Notes: generated by a model not told the origin, from the sequence alone. Positions 41,670 through 52,462 are shown, numbered from the whole stretch's first letter. The stretch is 63,525 bases of DNA, filler included, from Bilabrum cf. latius (GCA_965178125.1; 3 parts of 3 records of this genome joined end to end with filler, not necessarily neighbours in it); one strand, 5' to 3'. Numbers and translations are program-made.

Positions 41670-44600
41670 TCAAGGGAAGGGGGCGTCTCCTCGCTTGGTT
41701 CCTTCTTTGCCTGCTCCGCCGCCACAGGTCGCTTGAGGAGTCTCTTCTTCTTCTTCTTCTTCTTCTTCTTCTTCTTCTTCCTTCTTCTTCTTCTTCTTCT
41801 TCTTCTTCTTCTTCGTCGGTGCGGACTCCCCCTCTTCCTTCGCGGTGGGGACGGCTTTGGCCTCAGCAGCGGCAACCACGGACTCGGTGGCTTCCGCCGT
41901 GGCGATAGGGGCTTCCGAAGTGGACAACGCTGCGGACGGACCGCTGCTTCGCCCTCCCTTCTTCCCCTTGATCTCCTTGGCGATACCCGTCCGAATTTCC
42001 GTGGCGACGCCCGTCCTTACCACCGGCTCCTCTTTGATCGCGACCGACGCCGGCGCTTCCTTCTTCTTCCCCGTCACCCGCTGCTTGGTTCCGGAAGGCT
42101 TCGCCGAGGACAACGCTGCGGACGAACCGCTGCTTCGCCCTGGTTTAAGCTCCTTCACCTCGCTAGCGGACATGGAACGGGGAGCGCCCGCAGGACCAGC
42201 CGGGGCGGCCTGCATCTCGACGTCGGCGTCCAACTTGGGCACCACCTTGAGCGAGAACGCTCCCATCTCCTCGTGCCCAGACCGTCGGACCCTCGCGAAC
42301 ATCCTGGAGAGCCTCTGTACCCCGGAATTTGTCGACACCAATGCCCTTGAGGCCTCCTTGGACGACATCGCCCGCGCAGCCGCAGCCCTTGCCAATCCGG
42401 CCCTCTGTCTTGCTGTGCGGCTGGCGTCGATGGGGTCGTCCTGGGCGTCGGGGTTGACGAAGATGACGTCATGATCCCCCCACACCCGCATGGTGTCCAC
42501 CAGCGACTCAATAGCCCGATCGCGATCGATCGTCGCGAAGCACGTGGCGATCCGGTCATCAATGCCCGCTTCCGGTCCGGAAAGGGTCTCGACGATCCAA
42601 TCCCACAATCCGCCCGGATCATTAGCGACCACCTCCTCAAACTCACTGATGTGTCTGATGATCGCGTCCTGGGGCATGAAACGACACGCCATCGTGAGGG
42701 CCCGAGTCTCGGCACGAATCCGAACGTCCGTCGGGTTGGTGCTGTCCGTTTGGGCCTCGCCCAAGTAGGCCGCGGCCCAGTATGTGAAGAAGCTTTGCGC
42801 CTTCTCACGCACCGTGACCTCTCCTGGTGTCGGGGACATCAGGCCCGGGGGAACCACCCACGCCTCCGTGCAAGTGGGGGCCGTAGAAAGTACCGTCCCC
42901 TTCTTCTGTGCCTCATTCCTGCGGTACTCCTCACCCTCCTTGGTCTGGCTGGTCCACGCCATAATGCGGTTCCTCTGCTTAGTGACCAACCTCGAGGCCG
43001 TGTTCTCATCGGAGGTCGCCTTCCTCTTCTTGCCGAGCTCATCCGTCGGGTCGCGATAGTACTCGCGCCTCAGCGTTCGCAACGCTTCCTGTGCCTGGAC
43101 GAGCTCGGTCGGCTGCGCGACGGCGGCCTCGACCGGCTGGCGGCGGGGGCGATACCCGAAGAGCGTTCCGCACTCGGGCTCCCCCTCATTGCGCACCGCC
43201 GCACACTTGGTGCTCCCGGCGATGACTCGCGCGTCGCAGATCGGGCACTTGAAGGACTTGTCCACACATCCTTCCACCGGATTGACAGCCGTCTCCATAA
43301 CGAGGGGCTGTTTCATCCACTCGGCGACGATGCGGAAGGCCGGGTCGCGAGTCCCCTTCTCCTTCCGAGTGCCGGCCCCAGGGGTTTGGCTTCGGGGCAA
43401 CGCTGCGGACGAACCGCTGCTTCGTCCCTCCGCCGTGCCCCCCGGGACCTGCGCGGGAGCCTGACCTCCGGACAACGCTGCGGACGAACCGCTGCTTCGC
43501 CCTTCGGCCTTGCTCCTCTCCTCGTCCGCCTGTGCCCTGATCTCGTCCCGCTTCCTGAGGGCTGCCGGGGCGTTGCCCCGAATCGCCACCTGCGTCGGCA
43601 CGTCAGCCATCCAGGACCGATGCCAGAGGTGCGTATACACTCTCGACACCGGGTTGAGGGTCACCACCGACTCGACGCAGCAAGACGGAATGGCATCCAA
43701 ACACAGGACCGAACCGCTCGTACTGACGAAGACGCTGTCGCGACGTACGACGTCATACAAGCGATCCAGGTCGACCCGGAGGAAAACTCCCGAAGTCGAC
43801 GCCCCTGCCCTATAGGCCGTGGAAGCCTCAAGGTTCCAGGGGGCCAAGAACGCCAGATGGACTGGCCTGTTCGCCGGCTGGATCCCTGTCATTAGGATGC
43901 TCTCCAAGTTCTTCGCCTCCGTGTGGTGCCACAGCCCCTGATTGAGCTTCTTCATCACGCGCGTGTCGGGCGAACGCAGGGCCAACCTCTCCATTCGGAT
44001 GAACTCGAGGGTATGGCCCTGAGCGACACGGACGAACTCCCACGTACACCTGACCGTGTGGTCCGCCGCCGTGCGTTTTCGCATTCCGACCTGGAACCGG
44101 GACTTCCCTGCTCCCAGCACGATGAACTGCAGCTCCATCATCGTGAGTTCTCGCTGGATGAGCCTTCTCGACACCATATTGTTGAGACGGTTGCGGAGGT
44201 GGTCCATCCGCACCCATCCCCCCGAGTCCATCGGGAGGGCCACCGCCTTGAGGTTGTACCCCCCCCCCCCCGTCCTCGGGACGGTGACGCCCACCTCGTG
44301 GCGCAACCACCGATTGATGGTGCGAGAAAACTCGTCCACAATCTTCGCGCCCATGTTGACCCGAAACCTCTCTGCCCTCTTGAAGAAGTCGGGAAACTGC
44401 TCCGATCCCGTTTGGAGCATGAAGAGGCTCCAGGCGAGCATGTTCGCATCGCGCGAAGCGACGTAGAATTCGTCTCGCATCCGGATGTTGAGGAGGTCCC
44501 GCTGGAACGACGTGCCCGCAAGGTCCCGTGGGTCGACGGTATCCGGCGGATTCAACAGCGAGTCGTTTTGAATCGCCGGGTCCGTCCGGAACAACTGACC

Positions 44601-47417
44601 CACAGAGATCCTCACTTCGCTCGGCGTCAGCATGGGATTGGGCACCTCCCAGTCGACAAGCTCGTCGTTGCCGGTCAATGCGATCCGTTCGGCCTGCTTG
44701 TCGATCTTCTCGATCTCCGGAACGCTGAGACCCGTTTCATCGGCGAGGCGGGCTCGCCTCTCCTTGACGGCGGCGGCTTGCTTCTTGAGCTCTGCCTCGT
44801 ACGTGACCCTTGCCTTGGCCATAGATGCCTGGTATGCCGCCTTCGCGTCCCTCTTCCTCCTCTTGATGCCAAGCTGGGCCGCCGCAGCGGGGGGCTCGCC
44901 TCCTTCCTGCGGGGCCCCTTCTTGGGCATCGCGCTCCTGCTCCTCCGCGGTGGTCGAACTCACCTCCTGGACAGAGCCGTAGTCGATGTCACTCAACTCT
45001 CCGGTCAATCCCAGATCGTCTTGTGCACCTGACTCTGCCTTTCGAGCAGCGAGCGCCTCTTCGCTGAGGACGGCCCGTCGCGCAACCACCGGGTCGCGGT
45101 CCCGATAATCCGGGTCATCTTCCTCATCCGTGTCCGGACCGGCGTCGCCTGCCGGAACGACCACGGGGGCCCCGGCGGGAGCGCGAGTGGCGTGCTTCGG
45201 GCTCGCCTCAAGCTCCTCCCGAACCGGCATCAGTCCGGAAGGGAGCTCCTCGCACATGTCCTCGTCGTCATCGCCGATGGGTGGCTCCGGCTTGGGGAGT
45301 ACGACGGCACTGGGAGCGGACAACGCTGCGGACGAACCGCTGCTTCGCCCGACCCCCTCGCCGCCGTGCTCCTCCGAGATCTCCGTCGGTTCGGCGCCGG
45401 GCAACGCTGCGGACGAACCGCTGCCTCGTCCGGACGCCTCCCCTCTGGTGACCTCGACCTCCGTCGGATCGGTGCCGGGCAACGCTGCGGACGAACCGCT
45501 GCTTCGTCCGAGCACCTCCCCTTCGGTAGGCCCGACCGCCGGAGAGTAACTCCGAGGTCTGCCCGGCTCCGGCTGGGGCTCGGGCATGGTCGACGGCGCC
45601 TCCTGCAACGCCATGGACGCCATCGCCTCCTCGGCCACCTCCAACTCGAGTTTGCCCTCGATTTCCTTCCGGACGATCTCACGCAACCTGCGATCGTCCT
45701 CCGCGTGACGACGAGCCCGCTCCTCCCTTTCCTCATCTGCCGGCAGTGGTGGAGGGGCGTCCATGGGCTCTTCCTCGGCCACAGGCAGGCGGGCCTCATC
45801 CTCCTCGTATTGGTCGGCGCCCAACCGTGCGGTAGCAACGATGTCTTTGCCCCGCATTTCCTCGAGTCGTGCGATGGGTCGGTCCACCGTGTCGTCGGGG
45901 TCAATCTCCTCGCCCATGGCAACCCTGACCGAATCGTTGATCGTCTCCTGGGTGGTTGCCATGAAGCTGAGATCGCACTTCTCATGTGGACCTACCTCCT
46001 CCGCCTCTTGGGCCTGCCGAATCGAGGCTCGCACTGCCTCCTTCGCCTCCTGCTCGAATCGATTGGGGGATGCCTCTGCCTCATGCCCCGCCCTCAATTC
46101 GAGATAGGCATCGCCCATGTCCTTGTTGATGAAGTCGTGCATCGAGCTACCTTCCAGAGAGATGTTCTGGTTGGTCTCCTTCCGATGCTGCTCCGCCAAC
46201 TCGTGGAACAAACGCTCCATTTCAAGGGCTGTGCCTCCTTGCCTCCGGAGATGCGGGTCTGACGCGTCGGCAATGGTCCGGGAGACCCCGAACAAGATGG
46301 CGGCGAGGTCGACGCTGTCCTCCGACGAACCGCCCTGGGAGCACGCTGCGGACGAACCGCTGCTCGCCCCTGCGCCTCCGAACTCCAGGGAGCGCTCCCG
46401 CACCCACTTCCTGTTGTGCGGGGCGGCCGAGACCCGGACCATGGTACATGCCGGGGAACATCGGAGGCCTCCTAGGACCTGGCTCCGAGACCGCTGGCCC
46501 CTGGGGCCTGCCGCGAGACTGCGCGGCAGGGCGCTCGGGAGAAACCGCTGGTCCCAAGGACCTGCCGCGAGACTGCGCGGCAAGACGCTCGGGAGAGGGA
46601 GCCAGGGGGCGGCGGGCCACGTAGGGAACGCTTTCGGCAGAGACGGGGGAAGAAGGGGCGGATACAGATCGCACCCCTGCGGCAGCCACGGGCGCGGGCA
46701 ACGCTGCGGACGAACCGCTGCTTCGTCCGACACCCGGGCCGCCTTCCTCCCCGCCATCCGCCTTCGCCTCCCCAATGGGCTCGCCGCCTCCGCGATCGTC
46801 TCCTCCATCGCGGCCGTACCCTGACCCTCGGCAATCGGGGAACCGCCCTCGAAGTAGGGGTCGACGGTGACTCCGGGCAACGCTGCGGACGGACCGCTGC
46901 TTCGTCCGGCTTCAACCGCCATTTCCCCAAGGTGCTCGGGCGACGCCGCTCCCTCCGAAGTGGACGGGGACACTGATCCCTCACCACGCGGAATCGCCCC
47001 CCGATATGTGCCGATGATCTTCTCCGGGGCCCCGACCTTCTTCAACACGTCTTCCAGATCGGTTTCGGACTCGAACCGGTCGTCTGCGAAAACGTCGAAG
47101 ATCTCACCTTCATCCTCCTCGCGCACCTGGATGGGAGCTCCCTGGGCAGGGCGTGGGCGCACGGTGGGCGAACCACCACTGTCACCCGGCGGCTTCGGAG
47201 AGGTGACGGGTCCCGCTGCGGACGAACCGCTGCAAACGGACTCGCTCCCCTCCTCGGCCTTCTCGCCCTCCTCCTCGTCCCTCTCGCCGCCGTCGGCAAG
47301 GGGCTGAGGGCCGACAGAGTCCGGACCATACCACTCCTCCCACTCCGCGCAAATGGCAGCGGTCCAGTGGGGAGGAAAACCCGTGGTAAATCCGGTCGTA
47401 CATGCTCTGCTCGGCAA
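41670..47417 (-). CDS. Large cargo protein with a Tpt1/KptA (RNA 2'-phosphotransferase) domain at about 44335-43660 and a following Cys-rich zinc ribbon; continues through frameshifts to about 40265
   Basis: FSRTINRWLRH...MDSGGWVRM...KSRF...VRVAQGHT...LWHHT...LESILMTGIQP..RPVHL...FVSTSGSVLCLDAIP follows the Tpt1 motif order. Confidence 0.8.
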   Translation of the reverse strand: MPSRACTTGFTTGFPPHWTAAICAEWEEWYGPDSVGPQPLADGGERDEEEGEKAEEGSESVCSGSSAAGPVTSPKPPGDSGGSPTVRPRPAQGAPIQVREEDEGEIFDVFADDRFESETDLEDVLKKVGAPEKIIGTYRGAIPRGEGSVSPSTSEGAASPEHLGEMAVEAGRSSGPSAALPGVTVDPYFEGGSPIAEGQGTAAMEETIAEAASPLGRRRRMAGRKAARVSDEAAVRPQRCPRPWLPQGCDLYPPLLPPSLPKAFPTWPAAPWLPLPSVLPRSLAAGPWDQRFLPSALPRSLAAGPRGQRSRSQVLGGLRCSPACTMVRVSAAPHNRKWVRERSLEFGGAGASSGSSAACSQGGSSEDSVDLAAILFGVSRTIADASDPHLRRQGGTALEMERLFHELAEQHRKETNQNISLEGSSMHDFINKDMGDAYLELRAGHEAEASPNRFEQEAKEAVRASIRQAQEAEEVGPHEKCDLSFMATTQETINDSVRVAMGEEIDPDDTVDRPIARLEEMRGKDIVATARLGADQYEEDEARLPVAEEEPMDAPPPLPADEEREERARRHAEDDRRLREIVRKEIEGKLELEVAEEAMASMALQEAPSTMPEPQPEPGRPRSYSPAVGPTEGEVLGRSSGSSAALPGTDPTEVEVTRGEASGRGSGSSAALPGAEPTEISEEHGGEGVGRSSGSSAALSAPSAVVLPKPEPPIGDDDEDMCEELPSGLMPVREELEASPKHATRAPAGAPVVVPAGDAGPDTDEEDDPDYRDRDPVVARRAVLSEEALAARKAESGAQDDLGLTGELSDIDYGSVQEVSSTTAEEQERDAQEGAPQEGGEPPAAAAQLGIKRRKRDAKAAYQASMAKARVTYEAELKKQAAAVKERRARLADETGLSVPEIEKIDKQAERIALTGNDELVDWEVPNPMLTPSEVRISVGQLFRTDPAIQNDSLLNPPDTVDPRDLAGTSFQRDLLNIRMRDEFYVASRDANMLAWSLFMLQTGSEQFPDFFKRAERFRVNMGAKIVDEFSRTINRWLRHEVGVTVPRTGGGGYNLKAVALPMDSGGWVRMDHLRNRLNNMVSRRLIQRELTMMELQFIVLGAGKSRFQVGMRKRTAADHTVRCTWEFVRVAQGHTLEFIRMERLALRSPDTRVMKKLNQGLWHHTEAKNLESILMTGIQPANRPVHLAFLAPWNLEASTAYRAGASTSGVFLRVDLDRLYDVVRRDSVFVSTSGSVLCLDAIPSCCVESVVTLNPVSRVYTHLWHRSWMADVPTQVAIRGNAPAALRKRDEIRAQADEERSKAEGRSSGSSAALSGGQAPAQVPGGTAEGRSSGSSAALPRSQTPGAGTRKEKGTRDPAFRIVAEWMKQPLVMETAVNPVEGCVDKSFKCPICDARVIAGSTKCAAVRNEGEPECGTLFGYRPRRQPVEAAVAQPTELVQAQEALRTLRREYYRDPTDELGKKRKATSDENTASRLVTKQRNRIMAWTSQTKEGEEYRRNEAQKKGTVLSTAPTCTEAWVVPPGLMSPTPGEVTVREKAQSFFTYWAAAYLGEAQTDSTNPTDVRIRAETRALTMACRFMPQDAIIRHISEFEEVVANDPGGLWDWIVETLSGPEAGIDDRIATCFATIDRDRAIESLVDTMRVWGDHDVIFVNPDAQDDPIDASRTARQRAGLARAAAARAMSSKEASRALVSTNSGVQRLSRMFARVRRSGHEEMGAFSLKVVPKLDADVEMQAAPAGPAGAPRSMSASEVKELKPGRSSGSSAALSSAKPSGTKQRVTGKKKEAPASVAIKEEPVVRTGVATEIRTGIAKEIKGKKGGRSSGPSAALSTSEAPIATAEATESVVAAAEAKAVPTAKEEGESAPTKKKKKKKKKKKEEEEEEEEEEEEETPQATCGGGAGKEGTKRGDAPFP
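41744..41815. repeat. (TTC)n microsatellite encoding poly-K/poly-E, with a 1-base phase shift
   Basis: Seen directly. Confidence 0.9.
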
Positions 47418-48815
47418 GCTCCCATTTCATCCGATGAAGAGTCTCTTTGAGATCGTCGAGCAGGGCCGCCCTGTTGCGTGCCCGCTCTACTCGCTTGGCG
47501 ATCTCCTCATCGCGCCGCACGAGGTCCTTGTGCATGTCCCGCGCCTTGAGATGGGCCTGGCGGGCCTCTTCGCTGACCACGCACCCGTCGGGATCGATGT
47601 CGATGAACCTCTTGAGCTCCTCCACGAAAGTGAACCGGGCGGTGGCTGCAAGCTCTTGCGCCCTGAACCTATTCGTGAATGGGGAGTCCCACCGCGTCTC
47701 CGACGGACGGATCCCTCCATAGGACGGATCGGTGTCCACGAACTTCCGCACGTCGATGTATGTGTGGTGGTAGACAGACGCATCAGCCAAAGCTTCAGGG
47801 GCGCGCCGCTCCGCGTCATACGAATATGCGGGTGCTGTGGGCACGCTTCCCTTGAGCCGGTTGAGCCGTCTCACCTGGGCCTCCTTCGGTGCCAGGGACG
47901 CCAACATCATCAACAGCGACGTTTCGTGGACAAGCGTGTCTTTGGACTCGTCGGTGCGGCACGAGTGCCAGTTGTCGGTCCTTCCCTCAGGGAAAATGTA
48001 CCGGTGCTCGCTGAGCCCCCGGCACAAGGACCATCCACTGGTTGTGACCGTGCCGATCGAGTCCATCGCGACGCGTGCTTGCGACATTGAGACATCGAAG
48101 CTCGAATTGCGGCCCTCTCCGTACAGCCTGCCATGGTGGCACACTGCCACCAGATGGCTGTCGAACATCCGCAAATAGCCCCTCATCTTCGCCGCGTCTT
48201 CGGCCAGGAAAGTAGAGTCCTCCCAGTACACGCTGTTGCCGGACCAGATGACCAGCGCAGCGTGACCGGGACCCATATGCCACTGCGATCCTTTGGCGCG
48301 AAGCTCGGGGTCGGTGACTTCGTAAAGGGGCCACTTGTCCACCGCGATCTCGAGCTGCTCGATGATCCCCGCCATCACCGCTCCTTCCGTGGTGTAGTCG
48401 ATCATCTTCGTCTCAACGTCGCAATTGAGGTGCCACGAGCGGTTTCCCAAGTGCCACTTGAACGTCTTTCCCACCGTGAGCCACTCGCTCTTGTTGCGGA
48501 GGCTCGCCCCTTTCCTGGCGTTCCCTTGTCGGGGTGAAACTGCATCTGGAAGTAGATCCAGCACCGCTTCGCCTTGGCGTATGGCGTGCTCAGGGGAACG
48601 TACATTTCGCGGTGGAGATCCCCAACGCTCTGCACGAGCGCCAATGCGTAGGCGTACTTCCACTCCACGTATTTCCTCCAACGCTCCCGAAAGGGGAAGC
48701 GAGGAAGCAACCCGTCCTTGTCCCGTAAATCCTTCAACGGGATTGGGACCTCATAGCCATAGTAGCGCCGCCAGGTGTGTGGCACGAGCGTGGACAAGAT
48801 ATCCTGCCCCGCCAT
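47182..48815 (-). CDS. Element 2 upstream cargo ORF (frameshifted), unknown function; weak SGNH-like motifs
   Basis: MAGQDILSTLVP start shifts into track ORF 47182-48681; LVIWSGNSVY and DNWH resemble SGNH blocks III and V. Confidence 0.4.
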
Positions 48816-49063
48816 CTGTGCCACCCCAATCTGCGGGCTTCTGCGGCTCCTCTCCTCCTTCTCCTCAGACCGGCTCCGCGGAGGTGTCCGGGAGCACGGC
48901 CTTAGGACGCCGAAGCGTCGGGGGTTGACCCTGGGGTCGAGCGGGGTCGCCCGAAGGCGAAGGGCTGGGGCGCACGGGTGCGCGAGCGCAAAGGGCAGCC
49001 GGTCGGCGCGTCCCTTCGAGTTCTGAATAAGAACGGCATCGCACACGCGCTCATCCCCATCCT

Positions 49064-49795
49064 TCACCAGACCTTCCGACACGACCTTGACCACCCCTTA
49101 TGAATCGCTCTCGCAAAGGAATCAGGATAAATCTCCGATGCTTTGGTAATAGACCCCTCGCATCGGACATGATGGAAACCCCCACCATGGGAACATGACA
49201 AGTGGGACCCGTCATCCCTAAGGGGTTTTCCTATCCCGTCCAAGAGCGAACGGACGGTAGAATCGACACGCCATAATTGCTCCCCGCGGCGCGGGCCGAC
49301 GTGGGCCACAAGACCCACTTCGCATCCATGGACAACCATGGAGCGCATGTTGAGCGACCGCAACGTGTCGCGAATGGCAACCTGGTTCGTCCCGTCCGGA
49401 CAGCGTCCCTCCTCAGTCCAGTGCCAGTAGGAGCAGGCCAACGGCCACTCCCATGCCAGGTCGGCCTTCCCAGACCGAACCCAGGGCAGCACCACCGAAC
49501 AGAAGGACTCCCAAAGACGCCTGAGATCATCCCAATGTTCCTTAATCTTATCCTGCGTATCGGGGTTTCCCTTTCTCCAAGTTTGCCTTTGCCACGGAGA
49601 CCCGCCCGTGCACGGACAAGACACCCATATCAACACAGGGTGTGCGAGAAGCGCCGAAGTATGCGGCTCACCTTGCACCTGCCTTTCATGCACCGGAAAT
49701 CATCCACCAACGTGATGCGAAAGACGCGACACGAGGGATGGGCCACAGCCCCAATGGTGGAGGTCGCAGAGCAACAGATCTCGATAATAACGCGC
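49064..49795 (-). CDS. C5 cytosine-methyltransferase-like domain fused after RNase H (frameshift near 49660)
   Basis: VIIEICCSATS (motif I-like), IWVSCPCT (IV, PC), AWEWP (VI), VHGCEVGL (VIII region), SEIYPDSFARAI (X-like). Confidence 0.6.
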
Positions 49796-49989
49796 GAAAC
49801 ACCCCCCGAACCCCCCGGACCCCCAAAATCCCCCCGTCCGTGCGGGGGCGGGGCCTCGGGGCCCGACAACCCACAGAACGCTGCGGACGAACCGCTGCTT
49901 CCCACGGGCGCCGGAACGGCGGCTTCCTCGGCCTCAGCTCGCAGGGCCGCCTTCGTCGGGGGCGGGTTCGCCCAGAAGTGGATATTCCC

Positions 49990-50535
49990 CGCGACCGTGA
50001 AGGAGGAGACGTCATAAACACCAATAAGAGTGCAGACGGCCCTCCATTTGTCCCCGTTATCAAAGGCCTTGGTGTAGATGTCGGCGGCTTGACGATCGGA
50101 CTGGACATACATCAACGAAATGTCCGACCGGGAGAAGGTCTCGTGCAACGAGGCCACCGCCACGGCGTGGGTGCGCAACAGGTGTCGCATCGTGGGATTG
50201 CGTCCCGAGCGGCACACCCGGATCATTGCCTCGTTATCCTCGTGAAAGCAGAGGGGGAAATGCCCCGGACACAAGACATCCCATAGGTCCAGCATGGGCA
50301 ACCCCTCCCGCCTCAAGGCGAGATCCGCCGCGACAATTTCCGCCTCTGGCGTGGAATGGCTAACGCAATCCTGCCTCTTGCTCTGCCCGTTCAACGGAAA
50401 GTACGTATGGGGGCCCGAAATGGCAATGTGCATGCCCGAGGTCGACTTCTTCGAAGGATCGCCGGCAAAATCCGCATCGGCGTAAAGGTCGAAGGTAACC
50501 TCAGACATGCCGTCCCCGACGTACCCCATCTGTCG
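49990..50535 (-). CDS. Copia-type RNase H (C-terminus of pol, 5' part off the contig)
   Basis: LYADADFAGD, KSTSG, SHSTPEAEIVA, FHEDNEAMI, QAADIYTKAF. Confidence 0.92.
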
Positions 50536-50635
50536 NNNNNNNNNNNNNNNNNNNNNNNNNNNNNNNNNNNNNNNNNNNNTTAATTAATTAANNNNNNNNN
50601 NNNNNNNNNNNNNNNNNNNNNNNNNNNNNNNNNNN
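50536..50635. other. Artificial contig linker
   Basis: 44 N + TTAATTAATTAA + 44 N. Confidence 0.97.
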
Positions 50636-51972
50636 GCAGGAGCCGGGAACCCGCTCACGTGTGAGGACGGGCGCGGAGCGCCGTGGGGACGGCCGGAACG
50701 CAAAGGTCCCCGGCCGGGAAGGGGCCCGAGGGCCCGACCGCCTGGGGAGGGCGGTCTCACAGCACAAGGGGCGCCGGGGCCCGGAGTTGGGCCCCGACGC
50801 CGGCCCTCCCGGAAAGGGGACGGTCGGACGGGTCGGGTCCGGCGTCGCGCGCACGAGACGGGCGCGAGCTATTTCCCCTCACTGGCTCCACGTCTCGAGC
50901 TCACAAAGTGACTGCGGACACGCGTACACGACGGACGACCGCAAGAACGATAAACGAAGCAAATCACAGCGATCTGGCAAGCGTCACTACCTGGCATCGC
51001 TTTTCCGCTCTCCCCTCGAGATCCCAAAAACAACAAGCCCTGGGGATGTGGCACGCTTGAGGCGCCGAAGCATGTCGTCGAGGACCGGCGTTTCATGGGA
51101 ATTCAATGCAGCCGGACACGGCGCACCTCGACAGCCAGAGGTTCACATATGGCATGTGTCTTCCACCGACATCTGAGATTCCAGTTTCAACACTGAAGAG
51201 GGGATTTTTAGCGCCAAGGCCCCCGGGTCGCATACCAAATTCCCCACGACTGTCGAGCCGCCAACGGGCTGATGGACGGGCGCGCGGGCGGGCGGGCGGA
51301 CGCTCGCGGGCGCACGCCTCCCAGCCGGGGCCGGGGCGTCCCGAGAGGGCCCACACACGGATGCGGGAGGGTCGGAAGGTGGTCGACCCCACACGTGTTG
51401 GCAAGGTGGAGCCTACGGGCTTGAAACCAAATCCTCAGCAACAGGGCTGAGGCGGGCGGAGCTTGCGAACCTGAAACCCGTCGGGAAGGCGGTGCGCCCA
51501 CTGGCCCTTCCGCACCCGCTGTTCGGCGAGCCCCCACGATGTGCCGCCCCCGGGTTGAGCCACGCCGGGGGAAGAGAGAAGTGGCGCAGCCGCGCCTGCT
51601 CGGAGGTCCGGGGGGCCGCCAAAGACGGGCCGGTGCGCTGGCCCGGAGTGTAGCGGCGCCAAGCACTCCCGACCTTGGTGAATTTTGCACGCTCATACCG
51701 GGCGAGCTGCGGCGGCCCGAGCACGTGGGGGGGGCCACGCGCGGCACCATGTTGCTGTACAAGTGATGGGCGCCCAGGCCGGGTAAAAGGGTATGATGCA
51801 CCCCGGCTTCGTTAAGCAAGCGGTCGTGCGACGGGCCAGGAGGGATTGATGGCAAGACCAATGCATAAGCAGCGTTCCAAGCAGTCTCACGCCCGAACCC
51901 CGGCCATTTGGCAAATCGGGGCTCGATTCGGCAGAACGCGCGACAGGGTTAGTACGATTGGGGGTGTTGAAC

Positions 51973-52071
51973 CGGCCCGGGCACGGCCCGAAGCCCAGTC
52001 CAGGCCCGGGCCCGGGCCCCGGTCCGCGGGCCCGGGACCGGACCCGGGCCTGGGCCCCAGGCCGGGCCGGG
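51973..52071. repeat. Degenerate (CCCGGG)n tract, left flank of element 3
   Basis: Seen directly; a matching tract lies at 62864-62920. Confidence 0.7.
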
Positions 52072-52072
52072 C

Positions 52073-52300
52073 GTTGCGTCAGCCCCTCATGTATCATCGC
52101 ATTCGCACTGACATTCCTTACCAGGCCGTCTCCGCAGTGTCTCCGACATCACCAGCAATATCGCTGGATTTTCTTGTACCGACGAGTGGCGATCCACCTT
52201 TGGTGCAACTCCGAACCATCCCCTTGTCTGTCGCAACATTGGCAATGGACGACCTCATCTTGAGCCCGATCGACTTCACATCCGCTACCACCAACTTCCA
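52073..52300 (+). repeat. 5' LTR (only its 3' part is recognisable)
   Basis: Blocks CATCGCATT.GCACT, GCCGTCTCC...GTCTCCGAC.TCACCAGCAAT...GTACCGACGA and ACCACCAACTTC are shared with 62655-62863. Confidence 0.75.
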
Positions 52301-52302
52301 AG

Positions 52303-52314
52303 TGGTAGCGGAGC
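52303..52314 (+). promoter_or_regulatory. Primer-binding site of element 3 (initiator tRNA-Met type)
   Basis: LTR end ...TTCCA, 2-nt spacer AG, then TGGTAGCGGAGC. Confidence 0.8.
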
Positions 52315-52462
52315 ACGATTTGAGGACCGACGGACGCCAGAATTGCATACCACGACGAGGGAGTTTCGCGTGAGCAAACAAGGATTCATCCTTGCAGTTT
52401 GACACCGAATCTCGTGTGAGTGAACAGGTGTTCTCACCTGTTGCCAAACGTAATGCTCACCT

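Larger units (their letters stand above)
40356..50535 (-). mobile_element. 3' half of a second copia element (element 2): RNase H, methyltransferase-like domain, about 8.5 kb of cargo ORFs
   Basis: Copia RNase H at the contig edge; one private 25-bp motif links 49877 to 40893, tying the cargo to the pol end. Confidence 0.75.

Noticed and set aside
25452-50583. Many long plus-strand and alternative-frame ORFs in contig 2
   Set aside because: They are shadow ORFs of GC-rich minus-strand coding sequence with no recognisable motifs.
50636-51970. Host gene or exon in the GC-rich left flank of contig 3
   Set aside because: No recognisable domain or convincing splice structure; cannot be supported.
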